NCBI GenBank assembly: GCA_964388035.1
Contig: CAYLZE010000008.1
Location: 10,239 to 74,238, forward strand
DNA length: 64,000 bases
Source: an uncultured archaeon
Lineage (GTDB): Archaea > Asgardarchaeota > Lokiarchaeia > Sigyniarchaeales > SOKP01
Reading direction: 5' to 3'
The position numbers and the translations under genes are program-made. The notes beneath the pieces are model-generated. The model was not told the origin of the DNA. It saw nothing but the letters and a program-made list of their open reading frames with translations, and searched no databases. Shown piece by piece: positions 29,789 to 39,465 of this stretch (the stretch's first letter is position 1; each line of letters begins with the position of its first letter).

Positions 29789-29947
29789 TAGAACTCTTAA
29801 ATTATTTATTCAACCATAACTTATTCCGTCTGTTTCTTGATCATGATCAAGCTACTCTTGAAAGTGATCTATTTCTTAGCTCACTTTCATGTTTTTAAAT
29901 ATTTGGACAATAATCTCAAGCTGGAATTCTTATTCTTTTAAGTATTT

Positions 29948-31042
29948 TTATTTTGAAAAAAATAATCGAACATTTTTACTGTAATCAGCATCGCTCAATA
30001 TGTTAGAATTATCGATAAATTGACTTATTGTTCCGATGGGATATTTAATTTTGTCAAATCTCACTTTCAATTTTTTATTAATTTCTCCAATAATGGGTTT
30101 GAAATTAACTATTCTTTGCGAACGGGTGAAGAAGTTCTGAGCTTTAAGCTCTACCTTAGGAATGATCTTCAACGAGTTGATTTTTTGAACTAGTTCCAGA
30201 TATGCATTGCATATTAATTTCTCCCTCAGTCTCCAATTCCTTTCAAAAACTGTTTCGGTTAAGATTGGCTTGAGAACTGGAGCAAGAGATAGCCCTTCAA
30301 AGGCTTTTCCAAACCATTTGGGATATGGGATATATTTCTTTTCGAGAATAAATGCCATTTCCATTATAAATTTTACCAATCGATTAGTTTCAATCAATGA
30401 TCCCAAGTTATCACCCGTTTCTCCTGTCCTCCCTATGAATGCCATTTCTTGAGATATTCGGTCTAATTGTGCTACAATTTTAAATAGCCATATGGAGTGA
30501 GGATAATAGGCTAAAGCCTTCCGTGCTTGGGTTAAATCTCCATAGCTATCATAAAAGACCTTTCCTGAAGTAAATTCAAGCAAAATTTGTTCTGGGATAG
30601 AAACCCACTCCAGTTCGCTTAGTTCAGGTGAAGGTACTGATAAATTCTCTCTCAGATATGACTTTACAGTGTAAATTTCAATTCGATGATTAATAGGAGA
30701 TTTATCCTTTTCTTCAAGAAACTGATTCATTGAATCATTCGGATCGGGTTCCGACCAATGAGTGGAATATCCGAGAAATGACGTTGGCAAGGTTTGCCTC
30801 AAGAGTTCTTTAATTTTTAAATGATAAGCTTTAAAATCTTCGTCTTTTAGGAAGATATGGAATCTTGGTCCCCAATGATGGTCTGTTGAGATGTTATCAT
30901 CATACCCTAAAACTTCAGATCCTTGACCTATTAATCCGGCGGCATAATCTAAATTGGGGTAATTATTTTCTATCTTCTCCTTTACTACCTCCTTATAAAA
31001 GCGTTCAGATAATATTAATCCAGATAAAAAAGATTTAGTCAA
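29948..31042 (-). CDS. DUF4037-like protein
   Basis: GQGSEVLGYDDNISTDHHWGPRFHIFL matches the conserved DUF4037 core as I recall it. TTG start. Confidence 0.45.
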   Translation of the reverse strand: MTKSFLSGLILSERFYKEVVKEKIENNYPNLDYAAGLIGQGSEVLGYDDNISTDHHWGPRFHIFLKDEDFKAYHLKIKELLRQTLPTSFLGYSTHWSEPDPNDSMNQFLEEKDKSPINHRIEIYTVKSYLRENLSVPSPELSELEWVSIPEQILLEFTSGKVFYDSYGDLTQARKALAYYPHSIWLFKIVAQLDRISQEMAFIGRTGETGDNLGSLIETNRLVKFIMEMAFILEKKYIPYPKWFGKAFEGLSLAPVLKPILTETVFERNWRLREKLICNAYLELVQKINSLKIIPKVELKAQNFFTRSQRIVNFKPIIGEINKKLKVRFDKIKYPIGTISQFIDNSNILSDADYSKNVRLFFSK

Positions 31043-31386
31043 TTAATACACCTCAAGGATATACACTTTTTATGAAAAGAAAGAAATTCATAGTAATCTT
31101 TTCGCATTATATCCAATGAGGATATATATCATTATTGCTTTTTAATTGTTCTTTATTTCTCATGAATATGATTATGAAATTATTTCTCTTCTTTAGAGTA
31201 TCTTTTACTCTGAATTAGATTAGGATTTAACCCAGAAAATAAGGAGAAGTATCACTTTTAATTTCATAACGCTATATTTAGAAAAAGAAGACTTGATCAT
31301 GTAATACATTAAATTTTCATAAAATATTTCGTATAGGTTTTAAGAAAAGTAACCAAATAATAATTTTAGATTAATGCACTAAAAAA

Positions 31387-31671
31387 TTATTTTAATACAA
31401 TTAATATCAATGAGCTTTCTAAGGCGATCATAATTTCTCCTTTTGACGTCTCTAGTCGGATAAATCTCATGGTACCTTCTTGGAGAGCCTCAACAACTTG
31501 TTTGGATTTTCCGATTAAACTGGTAATATATGCAGATACAGATTCCGATAATTCCGTATCGAGATTTGATTTTATAGGAAGCCCGGATGAATCACAAATA
31601 ATTACTCCCCGCACACCTTCCTTTTCTTCAAAGCGTCTGATGATTGCTTTTACCTCGTTAGTGTCAATCAT
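31387..31671 (-). CDS. Roadblock/LC7 (dynein light chain Robl-like) domain protein
   Basis: 94 aa. GVRGVIICDSSGLPIKS and MRFIRLETSKGEIMIALESSLILIVLK closely parallel the eukaryotic Robl C-terminus. Confidence 0.8.
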   Translation of the reverse strand: MIDTNEVKAIIRRFEEKEGVRGVIICDSSGLPIKSNLDTELSESVSAYITSLIGKSKQVVEALQEGTMRFIRLETSKGEIMIALESSLILIVLK

Positions 31672-31915
31672 TCTATTTTATCACTCTTTTAATAAAAATG
31701 AATTGAGATATTTCGATTTTATTATTAATATTATAGCGTTATTTACATAAAAATCTATTTAAATTCTATTTGAAAAAACCGCAAATTGAAGTGGAAGGAT
31801 ATAACTTGTTTAAACATTAAAGACATAGAATTTAAATCTTAATTTTTTTATTACTTATTTAAGCAATTTCATATTAATTATATTTATAATGAATTATTTA
31901 TAGAGAAGAATTTGC

Positions 31916-32263
31916 ATGAGTAAAGAAGAGATTGAGCCGAAATTAGCTGAATTAATGGATAATGTTCCCGAATGTGAAGGTTTAATCGCTGCGGATAAAA
32001 ATGGAACGGTGATCGTAGGGCAAACTATCACGGATATGGATCATTCTAAAATAGCAAAGGCTTGTGCGAAAATCATTCAAGATTCAAATGAATTAGGGAA
32101 AGATATCGGAAAAGGATCCTTAAAAGCGACCACGATTGAATTGGACAATGGTTATGCAGTTTTAGTTGGTTCAGACGAGACAATATTAATATGTTTAACG
32201 GGTATTGATGGAAAAGCTTCTTTAGCCCTATTAAAACGTAATCTTATCTCAATTTTAAAATAA
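31916..32263 (+). CDS. Roadblock/LC7 (MglB-like) domain protein
   Basis: 115 aa. ECEGLIAADKNGTVIVGQT...TTIELDNGYAVLVGSDETILICLTG. Confidence 0.7.
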   Translation: MSKEEIEPKLAELMDNVPECEGLIAADKNGTVIVGQTITDMDHSKIAKACAKIIQDSNELGKDIGKGSLKATTIELDNGYAVLVGSDETILICLTGIDGKASLALLKRNLISILK

Positions 32264-32377
32264 CTTCAATAATCCCCTATAAAAAAACTAAGTTATAAGA
32301 AGATTTTATTGCTTTTTCCTATTTTTTTTTAAATTTATCATTAAAAATAACTAATTTTGTTTAGAAGTTATAAGGTA

Positions 32378-35300
32378 TTATTCCTTATCAAGACCCTCTT
32401 TCTTTAATAAATCGTCTAACTTAACTTTAGCTTCTTTCTCTTCTTTTTTAGCTTCTTTCTCTACCGTTGGTTTTTCTTCAGAAGGTACTTTTTTTGTTTC
32501 ATCAGTCTTTAATTCTGAAACCTTGACATATTTACCTTTTACTTTTTTCACTTTGGGTTTCGCTTTTTCCAGAGGGGTCTCAATCTTACGGATCAGTTTT
32601 CTTGCATACCAAATAGTAAAAAGCCAAATTCCTCCAATTCCTATTAAGATTGATACAGTCATGACAACAGATGGGAAAGGAGGATCCAAGATATCTAAAG
32701 AAGTCTTACCTTCAGTTCTCACAATTTGTTTAGAAAGGACATTTTGTCCTTTAATAGTCACCGTAATATTCAACAAGTCATAGGTTGTATCAGGTACAAA
32801 AAAGTCTATAGTAATTGATGTAGATTCACCTGGTTTCAATCGAGCTAATTCATAATTATTTATGGCAACGATGGTAAAATTAATTCCCTTTTCCAATGCG
32901 ATATTGGTCTCTAATATTGAAACTGTAGAATTCCCCGTATTTAATATAGCAAAAGTTAAAGTTCCATTTTCATTACGATACACGGCTTGATTCGGTAGAA
33001 CATCAAAACCTAGAGAAAGTTCATTAAACTCGGAAGTAATATTGATAGGAATTTCATGACTTTTACTTAGAAAATTACTATCTCCTGGCCAATATAACCG
33101 AAATTTAAAATCTTCCATAATATATAGGGGCACAGTATCAATTTCAAATTCTAATATTCCCTCCGAATCAGATCTTACACCTGTAATGTTTATCCAAGAC
33201 GTTCCATCAAAATACTCGCAGGAAACTATTTTACCCGCTAAGATTTCATTAAACTCTGTCTCCATGATGGAAGAAATAGTTACCGTATCTCCTTCAATGG
33301 GATTTTGGGGCGTATAAGTAATATTTACAAATTTGCTATTTATTTTAAAAATATTTGATATATTTGAACTTATTAAAATACTCATGTAATTTTCATCAAA
33401 TAGGTTCACGATAAAATAGGTTTTCTTCGGAGAATACAGACATTCATCTCTTTCAAACACTTTTGTGATAGTATTACTTGAAGTATTGAATGAAGTCTTG
33501 GTTGAAATGATTTCTCCTTCGAAATCATGTTCATCTGCAAGCGTAATTAAAGAATATTGTGGACTATCAAAATAACCCACATTTTTTCCTTCAATATATA
33601 TTAATACTCTTGTTTTTACTCCGCCTAACCTCATGGGACAATTAACACCTTTCCAGGATTTTGTTGCGGGATCATATTGAGGCATCATCATGCTTAAATT
33701 ATACATGATGCTATCTTGATTGTTGCCAAAATATTTCAATAACACGGTATCGCTTGAATTTTCGGCGATAATCCATTGATCATTTGCCAAAGACAAGAGT
33801 TGTACTTTAATCCTGACATTGAGATCGGTTATGTCATCTCTGTTTTGAAGCAAAATTTTAAATGTAATTTCCTCTCCTGGATTCAAAATGCTCTCGTTTT
33901 GTCTGAATGAATTTAAAGATACGTCAAAATCTAAACTTCCTAACTCGTAAGAAAATAATTGGTTGATAGAAAGATTACTAATGGTATAATAATCAGGTCT
34001 GTTTGTACCGGTTGTTTCATTAACAGTAGCCATTAGGATGGAATATTTATTAAGAATTCTCGTGATAAAATTTCCCTCAAGCACGTTACTTCCTACTTCG
34101 GGATAGAAAGTTGCTCCCGTTAAATCTACCTCATAATCATTTATTTGAATGAAAACCTTTTTACAGCCAATTGCAGTACCATTAGTCCAAAAAAAGCCAA
34201 TTTGGTAGCGCCCCAAAATGGGGATGGAAGTAGTGATATTAATGATAGTATTGTTAGAAAAATCATATTTCAAAAGGGAATCAATCAAAACACCATTATT
34301 AGAAAAGAGTTCTGCAGTGGGAACTCTCGTATTATTGGGATAAAAAAGAGTAGCATTCACACTTCCTCCGTCTGGAGCAATCCCAAATTCATCTTGAATG
34401 TATACGCTCAAAGACACGTTATCTCCATACATGAATCCTTCTGTTTCCCATAAAATGCCTTCAAAATTAATGAAACTATGCATTTGATTAATGGAATTAT
34501 AGCTTGTCAAATTTAGCACGTAAGAGCCGTTATATACGGGCATTGATACATTTATTAAGGCGGTGGTTAGAATTAATTTATTAAATAGAGGGTCGTCAGA
34601 TAATTCTGAAGCACTCCCTATTTGATCGAGAACATCTCCATCAAGGGGGTTTGGTGTTGTTAGATTAAGGGGTGTCCAATAATTAGGAAATATAAACCAA
34701 TATTCTGTAAAATTCCAGTTAGGATAATATTGATTTGGATCGAGCGTATCATTTAAAGTCCAGAGAGGAATATCGTTATAATATATCTTAAATAGGGCGG
34801 TGACATTTTCATATCTATAAATTTTAGCAAGGTAAGTCACGTTAAAAAGTAAACCTTTTGTAAGAGTGATATATCCTGTAAAATTAACAAAAAGTGTATT
34901 AAAGCGATCAGCTTCAATATAATCCGTAAGATCATGGAGCCATCGACCGCTTCCCCATTCCATTATATTAACATTACTTTCATTATATGGATAAACATCA
35001 ATTCTTTGGTCAACAAGTGTTAAATTCTGTATTCTTAACTCACCATTAAAATCGGAAGGCATATATCCTCGTGTAACGTTTAATTCAAAAGAACTTGCGT
35101 CTAATTGTGTAGATGTATATGGAGTCGAAGTAGTTTCAATTAACTTTTTCGCATTAGTCCACGTAACCCCATTATTGGTGGTTCTTTTTAATTGCTGTTC
35201 TAATTTTCCATCCCCAATTGATGCATCAGAAGGGATGGTAACTAAGCTATAGATTAAATCGCTCGAACTTGAGTTTATCACAATAAAATAATTTCCAATA

Positions 35301-36538
35301 CCCAGGTTCACCGCATTAATTGAACTTAAATCAAAATAAGTAATTCCATCCCCTTTAAAAGAATCTATCAAAATCGAACCTAAATATTGAGAATAATCAG
35401 GAGATATCATAGTTTTTTGTAATCCATCGCTATCCCGCACGATAGAATTATTAGACCTGTAAAGACTAATATTTAATTTAACTCCAGAAGCCATCGTTCG
35501 ATTTAACGTTCGTATCCAGGCATTAAATCCATTAATGGTCGTTCCTTCACCTCTCAAATCAAATTCTAATGCCACATAAGATTCACTAGTAATCGGAAGA
35601 TCAAAAGCTAATGCTGCTTGCAAATCAAATTCGAATAATGAGACATTAAAAGTGGAAGAATGATCCGTTCTGTTAAAATAGAACTGAATTAGAGAAATAT
35701 CACTCGAATTAATGAAATCCAAATTGGTGTTTATGAATCTCTCATCTATTTGCTGGGTTATGGGAAGACTACTATTTATTGGAATAATATCGGTTATATT
35801 AATCCATGCGCCTTGAGTGACGTTCCAAGCTTTAATGGTAAGATTTGCATCTAAAGTGATATTGAATTTTATGGAGAGGAGAAATCCAAGAATTTCTGTA
35901 CGATTAAACACGGTTTCCACGGTTCCACTTGGGGGGACATTATCAGTTGAGGTAGATTTGGAAAAATTCGCATTAATAGAAAAATTTAAAGCTCCATTTT
36001 GAGAAGTAAGGTTCCAATAAGTGATAAGATTAGAAATGGCTGTAAAATCTTCGTTTAATGGATTTTGACCTTCAAGTAGATTCAGACCCGATGTTGGTTT
36101 ATTATATGGATATAAAATCATCTTGCTAGGATCCAAACTGGTTAAAGCATTGTCATTTTCAATGACATGTTCCGTGGTGTAATTATTATTGAACGTGAAA
36201 TTAAAATCTCCATGACTGAGATTCATGTAATTATCGGGGACGGATATATTAAAAGATCCCAAATTATTATTGGAATAGGATTGATTTACAAAATAAGTCC
36301 TAATAGTTTGATTATCACCGTGTCCAGTAATACTTTCATTTGCTTTTAAATTAGAATTGGAACTGGTAAGATCATTTTTATTATATTCTTTATCAGGAAT
36401 AGAAGAATCATTATTAATCGATTCTTGATTTGGATTCAACATTCCAAAATTGTTAAATTGACTAAGAGTTGTTAATAAGAAAATTGCTACGATAAAACTT
36501 ACACTAAAGACCTTAAAAGCTTTTTTTTTCGATAGCAA
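32378..36538 (-). CDS. giant cell-surface protein (S-layer/adhesin-like), N-terminal signal anchor, C-terminal TM anchor, Lys/Glu-rich cytoplasmic tail
   Basis: 1386 aa. N-terminal hydrophobic segment FKVFSVSFIVAIFLLTTL and C-terminal TM VVMTVSILIGIGGIWLFTIWY, followed by a KKVKGKYVK...EKEAKKEEKEAKVK tail. I counted about 55 N-x-S/T sequons by hand. Confidence 0.75.
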   Translation of the reverse strand: MLSKKKAFKVFSVSFIVAIFLLTTLSQFNNFGMLNPNQESINNDSSIPDKEYNKNDLTSSNSNLKANESITGHGDNQTIRTYFVNQSYSNNNLGSFNISVPDNYMNLSHGDFNFTFNNNYTTEHVIENDNALTSLDPSKMILYPYNKPTSGLNLLEGQNPLNEDFTAISNLITYWNLTSQNGALNFSINANFSKSTSTDNVPPSGTVETVFNRTEILGFLLSIKFNITLDANLTIKAWNVTQGAWINITDIIPINSSLPITQQIDERFINTNLDFINSSDISLIQFYFNRTDHSSTFNVSLFEFDLQAALAFDLPITSESYVALEFDLRGEGTTINGFNAWIRTLNRTMASGVKLNISLYRSNNSIVRDSDGLQKTMISPDYSQYLGSILIDSFKGDGITYFDLSSINAVNLGIGNYFIVINSSSSDLIYSLVTIPSDASIGDGKLEQQLKRTTNNGVTWTNAKKLIETTSTPYTSTQLDASSFELNVTRGYMPSDFNGELRIQNLTLVDQRIDVYPYNESNVNIMEWGSGRWLHDLTDYIEADRFNTLFVNFTGYITLTKGLLFNVTYLAKIYRYENVTALFKIYYNDIPLWTLNDTLDPNQYYPNWNFTEYWFIFPNYWTPLNLTTPNPLDGDVLDQIGSASELSDDPLFNKLILTTALINVSMPVYNGSYVLNLTSYNSINQMHSFINFEGILWETEGFMYGDNVSLSVYIQDEFGIAPDGGSVNATLFYPNNTRVPTAELFSNNGVLIDSLLKYDFSNNTIINITTSIPILGRYQIGFFWTNGTAIGCKKVFIQINDYEVDLTGATFYPEVGSNVLEGNFITRILNKYSILMATVNETTGTNRPDYYTISNLSINQLFSYELGSLDFDVSLNSFRQNESILNPGEEITFKILLQNRDDITDLNVRIKVQLLSLANDQWIIAENSSDTVLLKYFGNNQDSIMYNLSMMMPQYDPATKSWKGVNCPMRLGGVKTRVLIYIEGKNVGYFDSPQYSLITLADEHDFEGEIISTKTSFNTSSNTITKVFERDECLYSPKKTYFIVNLFDENYMSILISSNISNIFKINSKFVNITYTPQNPIEGDTVTISSIMETEFNEILAGKIVSCEYFDGTSWINITGVRSDSEGILEFEIDTVPLYIMEDFKFRLYWPGDSNFLSKSHEIPINITSEFNELSLGFDVLPNQAVYRNENGTLTFAILNTGNSTVSILETNIALEKGINFTIVAINNYELARLKPGESTSITIDFFVPDTTYDLLNITVTIKGQNVLSKQIVRTEGKTSLDILDPPFPSVVMTVSILIGIGGIWLFTIWYARKLIRKIETPLEKAKPKVKKVKGKYVKVSELKTDETKKVPSEEKPTVEKEAKKEEKEAKVKLDDLLKKEGLDKE

Positions 36539-36706
36539 TCTTAAAATACCTAAAGTGTTTAGATTATTTTTTTATAAAATCCTTCATTTCATTAAAAATT
36601 TCCTAATACGAGTCTAAGCATGAGCGGGGAAATTTGTACAAAATTTTATTATCAATAATTTCATTTTTTAACCTAACTTAACTCTGTATGAAATATAGGA
36701 TTTATA

Positions 36707-38059
36707 ATGAGCGAAGAAATTATAATTAAAGAAATTGAGGAAAATACGGAAGAGTATATTACTTTTCTTCAAGAATTGATTCAAACTAATTCCTATAATC
36801 CACCCGGAAATGAAAATAGTGTTGCTGTAAAAATAAAGGAATATCTTGAAAAAGATGGAATCAAATGCGATGTTTATCCTTTTGGAGATAATCGGGCTAA
36901 CGCAATTGCTTATTTAAATGAAAATTTTGATTATAAAAATCTCTTATTCAATGCCCACATGGATGTCGTACCTCCCGGGGAAGAATCGGAATGGAAAAAT
37001 CCCCCATTATCAGCTAATATTAAGCGAAAAAAGATGCTATTTGGTAGAGGCGCAACAGATATGAAGGGCGGTCTTGCTGCAATGGTCATTGCCCTTAAAA
37101 TCTTGAAGAAGTTAAACTTGTCTCTCAAGGGTAATTTAATACTTAATGCCGTGGCAGACGAAGAAATGGGGGGAATATTAGGTACAAAATGGTGCTTAGA
37201 GAATAAGCTAAATTCATTCAAGTTTGATTTTACTGTCGTGGGTGAGCCAACGGGAATTAATCCTCTGCCTAAAGCTGTAGTCGTTGGAGAAAGGGGACAC
37301 TTAATTCTAAAAGTAATCGCAAATGGGATTTCTGCCCATTCTTCCATGCCTTCTTTAGGAAAAAATGCGATATACATGATGAGTGAACTCATGCAAGCAC
37401 TCGATAAAGTAAATAATTATATTCCTGATTTAAAGCCACCATTATCTCTAGAAAAATTAAAAAGTCTTATGAGTAAAGCCTTCCCGAGTAGAGAGATATT
37501 CGAAAATATTCTATCCGATCAAGAACTTTTACAAAATTTGCTCCAATCCTTAGTCACCTTCACTAAGAGTGTCAATATGATTAAAGGGGGAATTAAAGAA
37601 AATGTAGTTCCCGATAAATGTGAAGTCCTGATTGATTTTCGGCTCTTACCGGGACAAAAAGTCGAAGATATTTTCCACGGAATGAGAACTCTAATCGAGA
37701 AAGATTTACACTATAAGGTAGTTGAACTTGAAGAAGTCAAGCCGAACGAGCCATCGTTTACATTAGAAAGCGCAGGTGAGTCGGAAGGTTCTTATTGGCG
37801 AGACTGGGAAAACTCTCCCATCTTAAAGGATTTCATGAAGATAACTGAAGAAATTTACATGAAAACCCCCTTCATCTTGCTGTATCCTGCCGCAGCGGAC
37901 GCCCATTATCTTAGAAATGATGGATATTGCCCAAGCACGATCCTATTTGGTCCCGGAAGTGCGGGTACGGCTCATGCTATTGATGAATACATTGAAATAA
38001 AAGATTTTATTGATTCCATTAAGGTATATGCATTATTTGCATTTAAATTTCTTAAATAG
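36707..38059 (+). CDS. M20-family metallopeptidase (ArgE/DapE/CPG2-like)
   Basis: NAHMDVVP, GRGATDMKGG, ADEEMGG, GERGH. Confidence 0.85.
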   Translation: MSEEIIIKEIEENTEEYITFLQELIQTNSYNPPGNENSVAVKIKEYLEKDGIKCDVYPFGDNRANAIAYLNENFDYKNLLFNAHMDVVPPGEESEWKNPPLSANIKRKKMLFGRGATDMKGGLAAMVIALKILKKLNLSLKGNLILNAVADEEMGGILGTKWCLENKLNSFKFDFTVVGEPTGINPLPKAVVVGERGHLILKVIANGISAHSSMPSLGKNAIYMMSELMQALDKVNNYIPDLKPPLSLEKLKSLMSKAFPSREIFENILSDQELLQNLLQSLVTFTKSVNMIKGGIKENVVPDKCEVLIDFRLLPGQKVEDIFHGMRTLIEKDLHYKVVELEEVKPNEPSFTLESAGESEGSYWRDWENSPILKDFMKITEEIYMKTPFILLYPAAADAHYLRNDGYCPSTILFGPGSAGTAHAIDEYIEIKDFIDSIKVYALFAFKFLK

Positions 38060-38144
38060 AATTCATATTGAATTATTACATGTAAAAATTGATATACACG
38101 TAATTATATTTATTTTTTATATTAATTGTAAACTGAAGTAGAAT

Positions 38145-39323
38145 TTGCGAGACACTACCAAAGTAGAAGACTGTGTTGCCTTACTTGATGTTTCACGTTC
38201 AATGTTAAAAACAGACTTCAAACCGAATAGATTAAATAATGCAATTGAGACCTTAAAAAATTTCATTCACTCCAAGTTATCCTTGGATCCAAGCGATAAA
38301 ATTGCCCTTATCACGTTTGGTGGGAATGCGAAAAGATTAGTACCTTTTACAAATGAAGAAACTATTTTGATAAATTCATTCCAAAAAATTCGCGTGAGTG
38401 GAAGGGGTAACATATCTCAAGGAATTTCTTTTTCTATCCAATTATTAATAAAGGAAATGCAAAAGCTAGGAGGAAAAATTTCAAGAATCTTCATTCTCAC
38501 GGATAATAAAATAATTGAAGAAGATGGAAAATTAAACGAAATTGTTGAAGTAGCAAAGGGATTGGGCGTTTATGTGGATGTGTGTCAAATAGGGAAAACA
38601 GAGGATTATCGTCAAAGCAAATTGAAACTCCTAACTCGGCAGACCGGAGGGGAATATGGATATTTCAATAATACTAAAGCGTTAGTCAATTCTGGAAAAT
38701 CATTCGCTTCCAAAAAAGAATTAAAATTTTCACGCGATTATTTCGCTCGGGATAATAAAAGTGAAAACGCGCCCTTATTAAATGAGATCGCCCTACCATT
38801 AAAGCGACCCTCTGTTTTAGAATTAAAAGCCATGATAAATAGTCACGATACGGATTTAGAAAAATGTCAGATATGTCATTCCATGAAATCTCCGGTAACT
38901 AATGCCGATCTCTATTCCGAGGGGCGCATATGCCCTTCATGTGAGCATCCCATGCATTTATCGTGTGCAGCCATGTGGGCAAAGGGGACAGAATATTCCG
39001 AAAGCGTGTTTCGATGCCCGTTCTGTTATTACCTATTAAAAATACCTACCTCCGCCCTCAAGATTGCTGAGATAAGGCAAGCCAATGCTCAAAACACTAC
39101 TAAAGACACTTTGAAAGAACATAAACAAACAAGAATGAAATTAATCCCTAATGAAGAAGTTGAATCGATTTACGGTTCGTGTAGTTATTGTCGAAATATA
39201 TTCATGGGAGAGCACGATGTATATCAATGCGAGCAGTGCGGGGCTTATTATCACGAACCTTGTCTCCAAAAAATGTTCAAAGAGCTAAAAAGTTGCCGTA
39301 ATTGTGGTGCTCAAATAGTATAA
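38145..39323 (+). CDS. vWA domain (Rpn10/Ssl1-like signature) protein with two C-terminal RING-like zinc fingers
   Basis: The MIDAS motif DVSRSM is followed by TDFKPNRL. The first finger is CQIC-x18-CPSC-E-H-x2-H-x2-C-x16-CPFC, which has RING-H2 spacing. The second is CSYC-x12-CEQC-x4-H-x2-C-x10-CRNC. TTG start. Confidence 0.7.
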   Translation: MRDTTKVEDCVALLDVSRSMLKTDFKPNRLNNAIETLKNFIHSKLSLDPSDKIALITFGGNAKRLVPFTNEETILINSFQKIRVSGRGNISQGISFSIQLLIKEMQKLGGKISRIFILTDNKIIEEDGKLNEIVEVAKGLGVYVDVCQIGKTEDYRQSKLKLLTRQTGGEYGYFNNTKALVNSGKSFASKKELKFSRDYFARDNKSENAPLLNEIALPLKRPSVLELKAMINSHDTDLEKCQICHSMKSPVTNADLYSEGRICPSCEHPMHLSCAAMWAKGTEYSESVFRCPFCYYLLKIPTSALKIAEIRQANAQNTTKDTLKEHKQTRMKLIPNEEVESIYGSCSYCRNIFMGEHDVYQCEQCGAYYHEPCLQKMFKELKSCRNCGAQIV

Positions 39324-39465
39324 TGATTTTCGATATTTGACAATACTTGTTAAGATGCTTGAGAAAATATTAGATTGATAATTTTAATAGAAAAATCTTA
39401 TTTTATTTAATTTATTACCTTTTTCATCTAAATCTAATTTTGTAGTTATTAAGAGGTTGATTACG

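Noticed and set aside
36931-37392. Long antisense ORFs inside confidently assigned genes. Examples are 36931..37392, 53641..54150, 50501..50974, 5943..6311, 44781..45128 and 6253..6573.
   Set aside because: Each lies wholly within a gene with strong family motifs on the other strand and has low-complexity or atypical composition. These are shadow ORFs.
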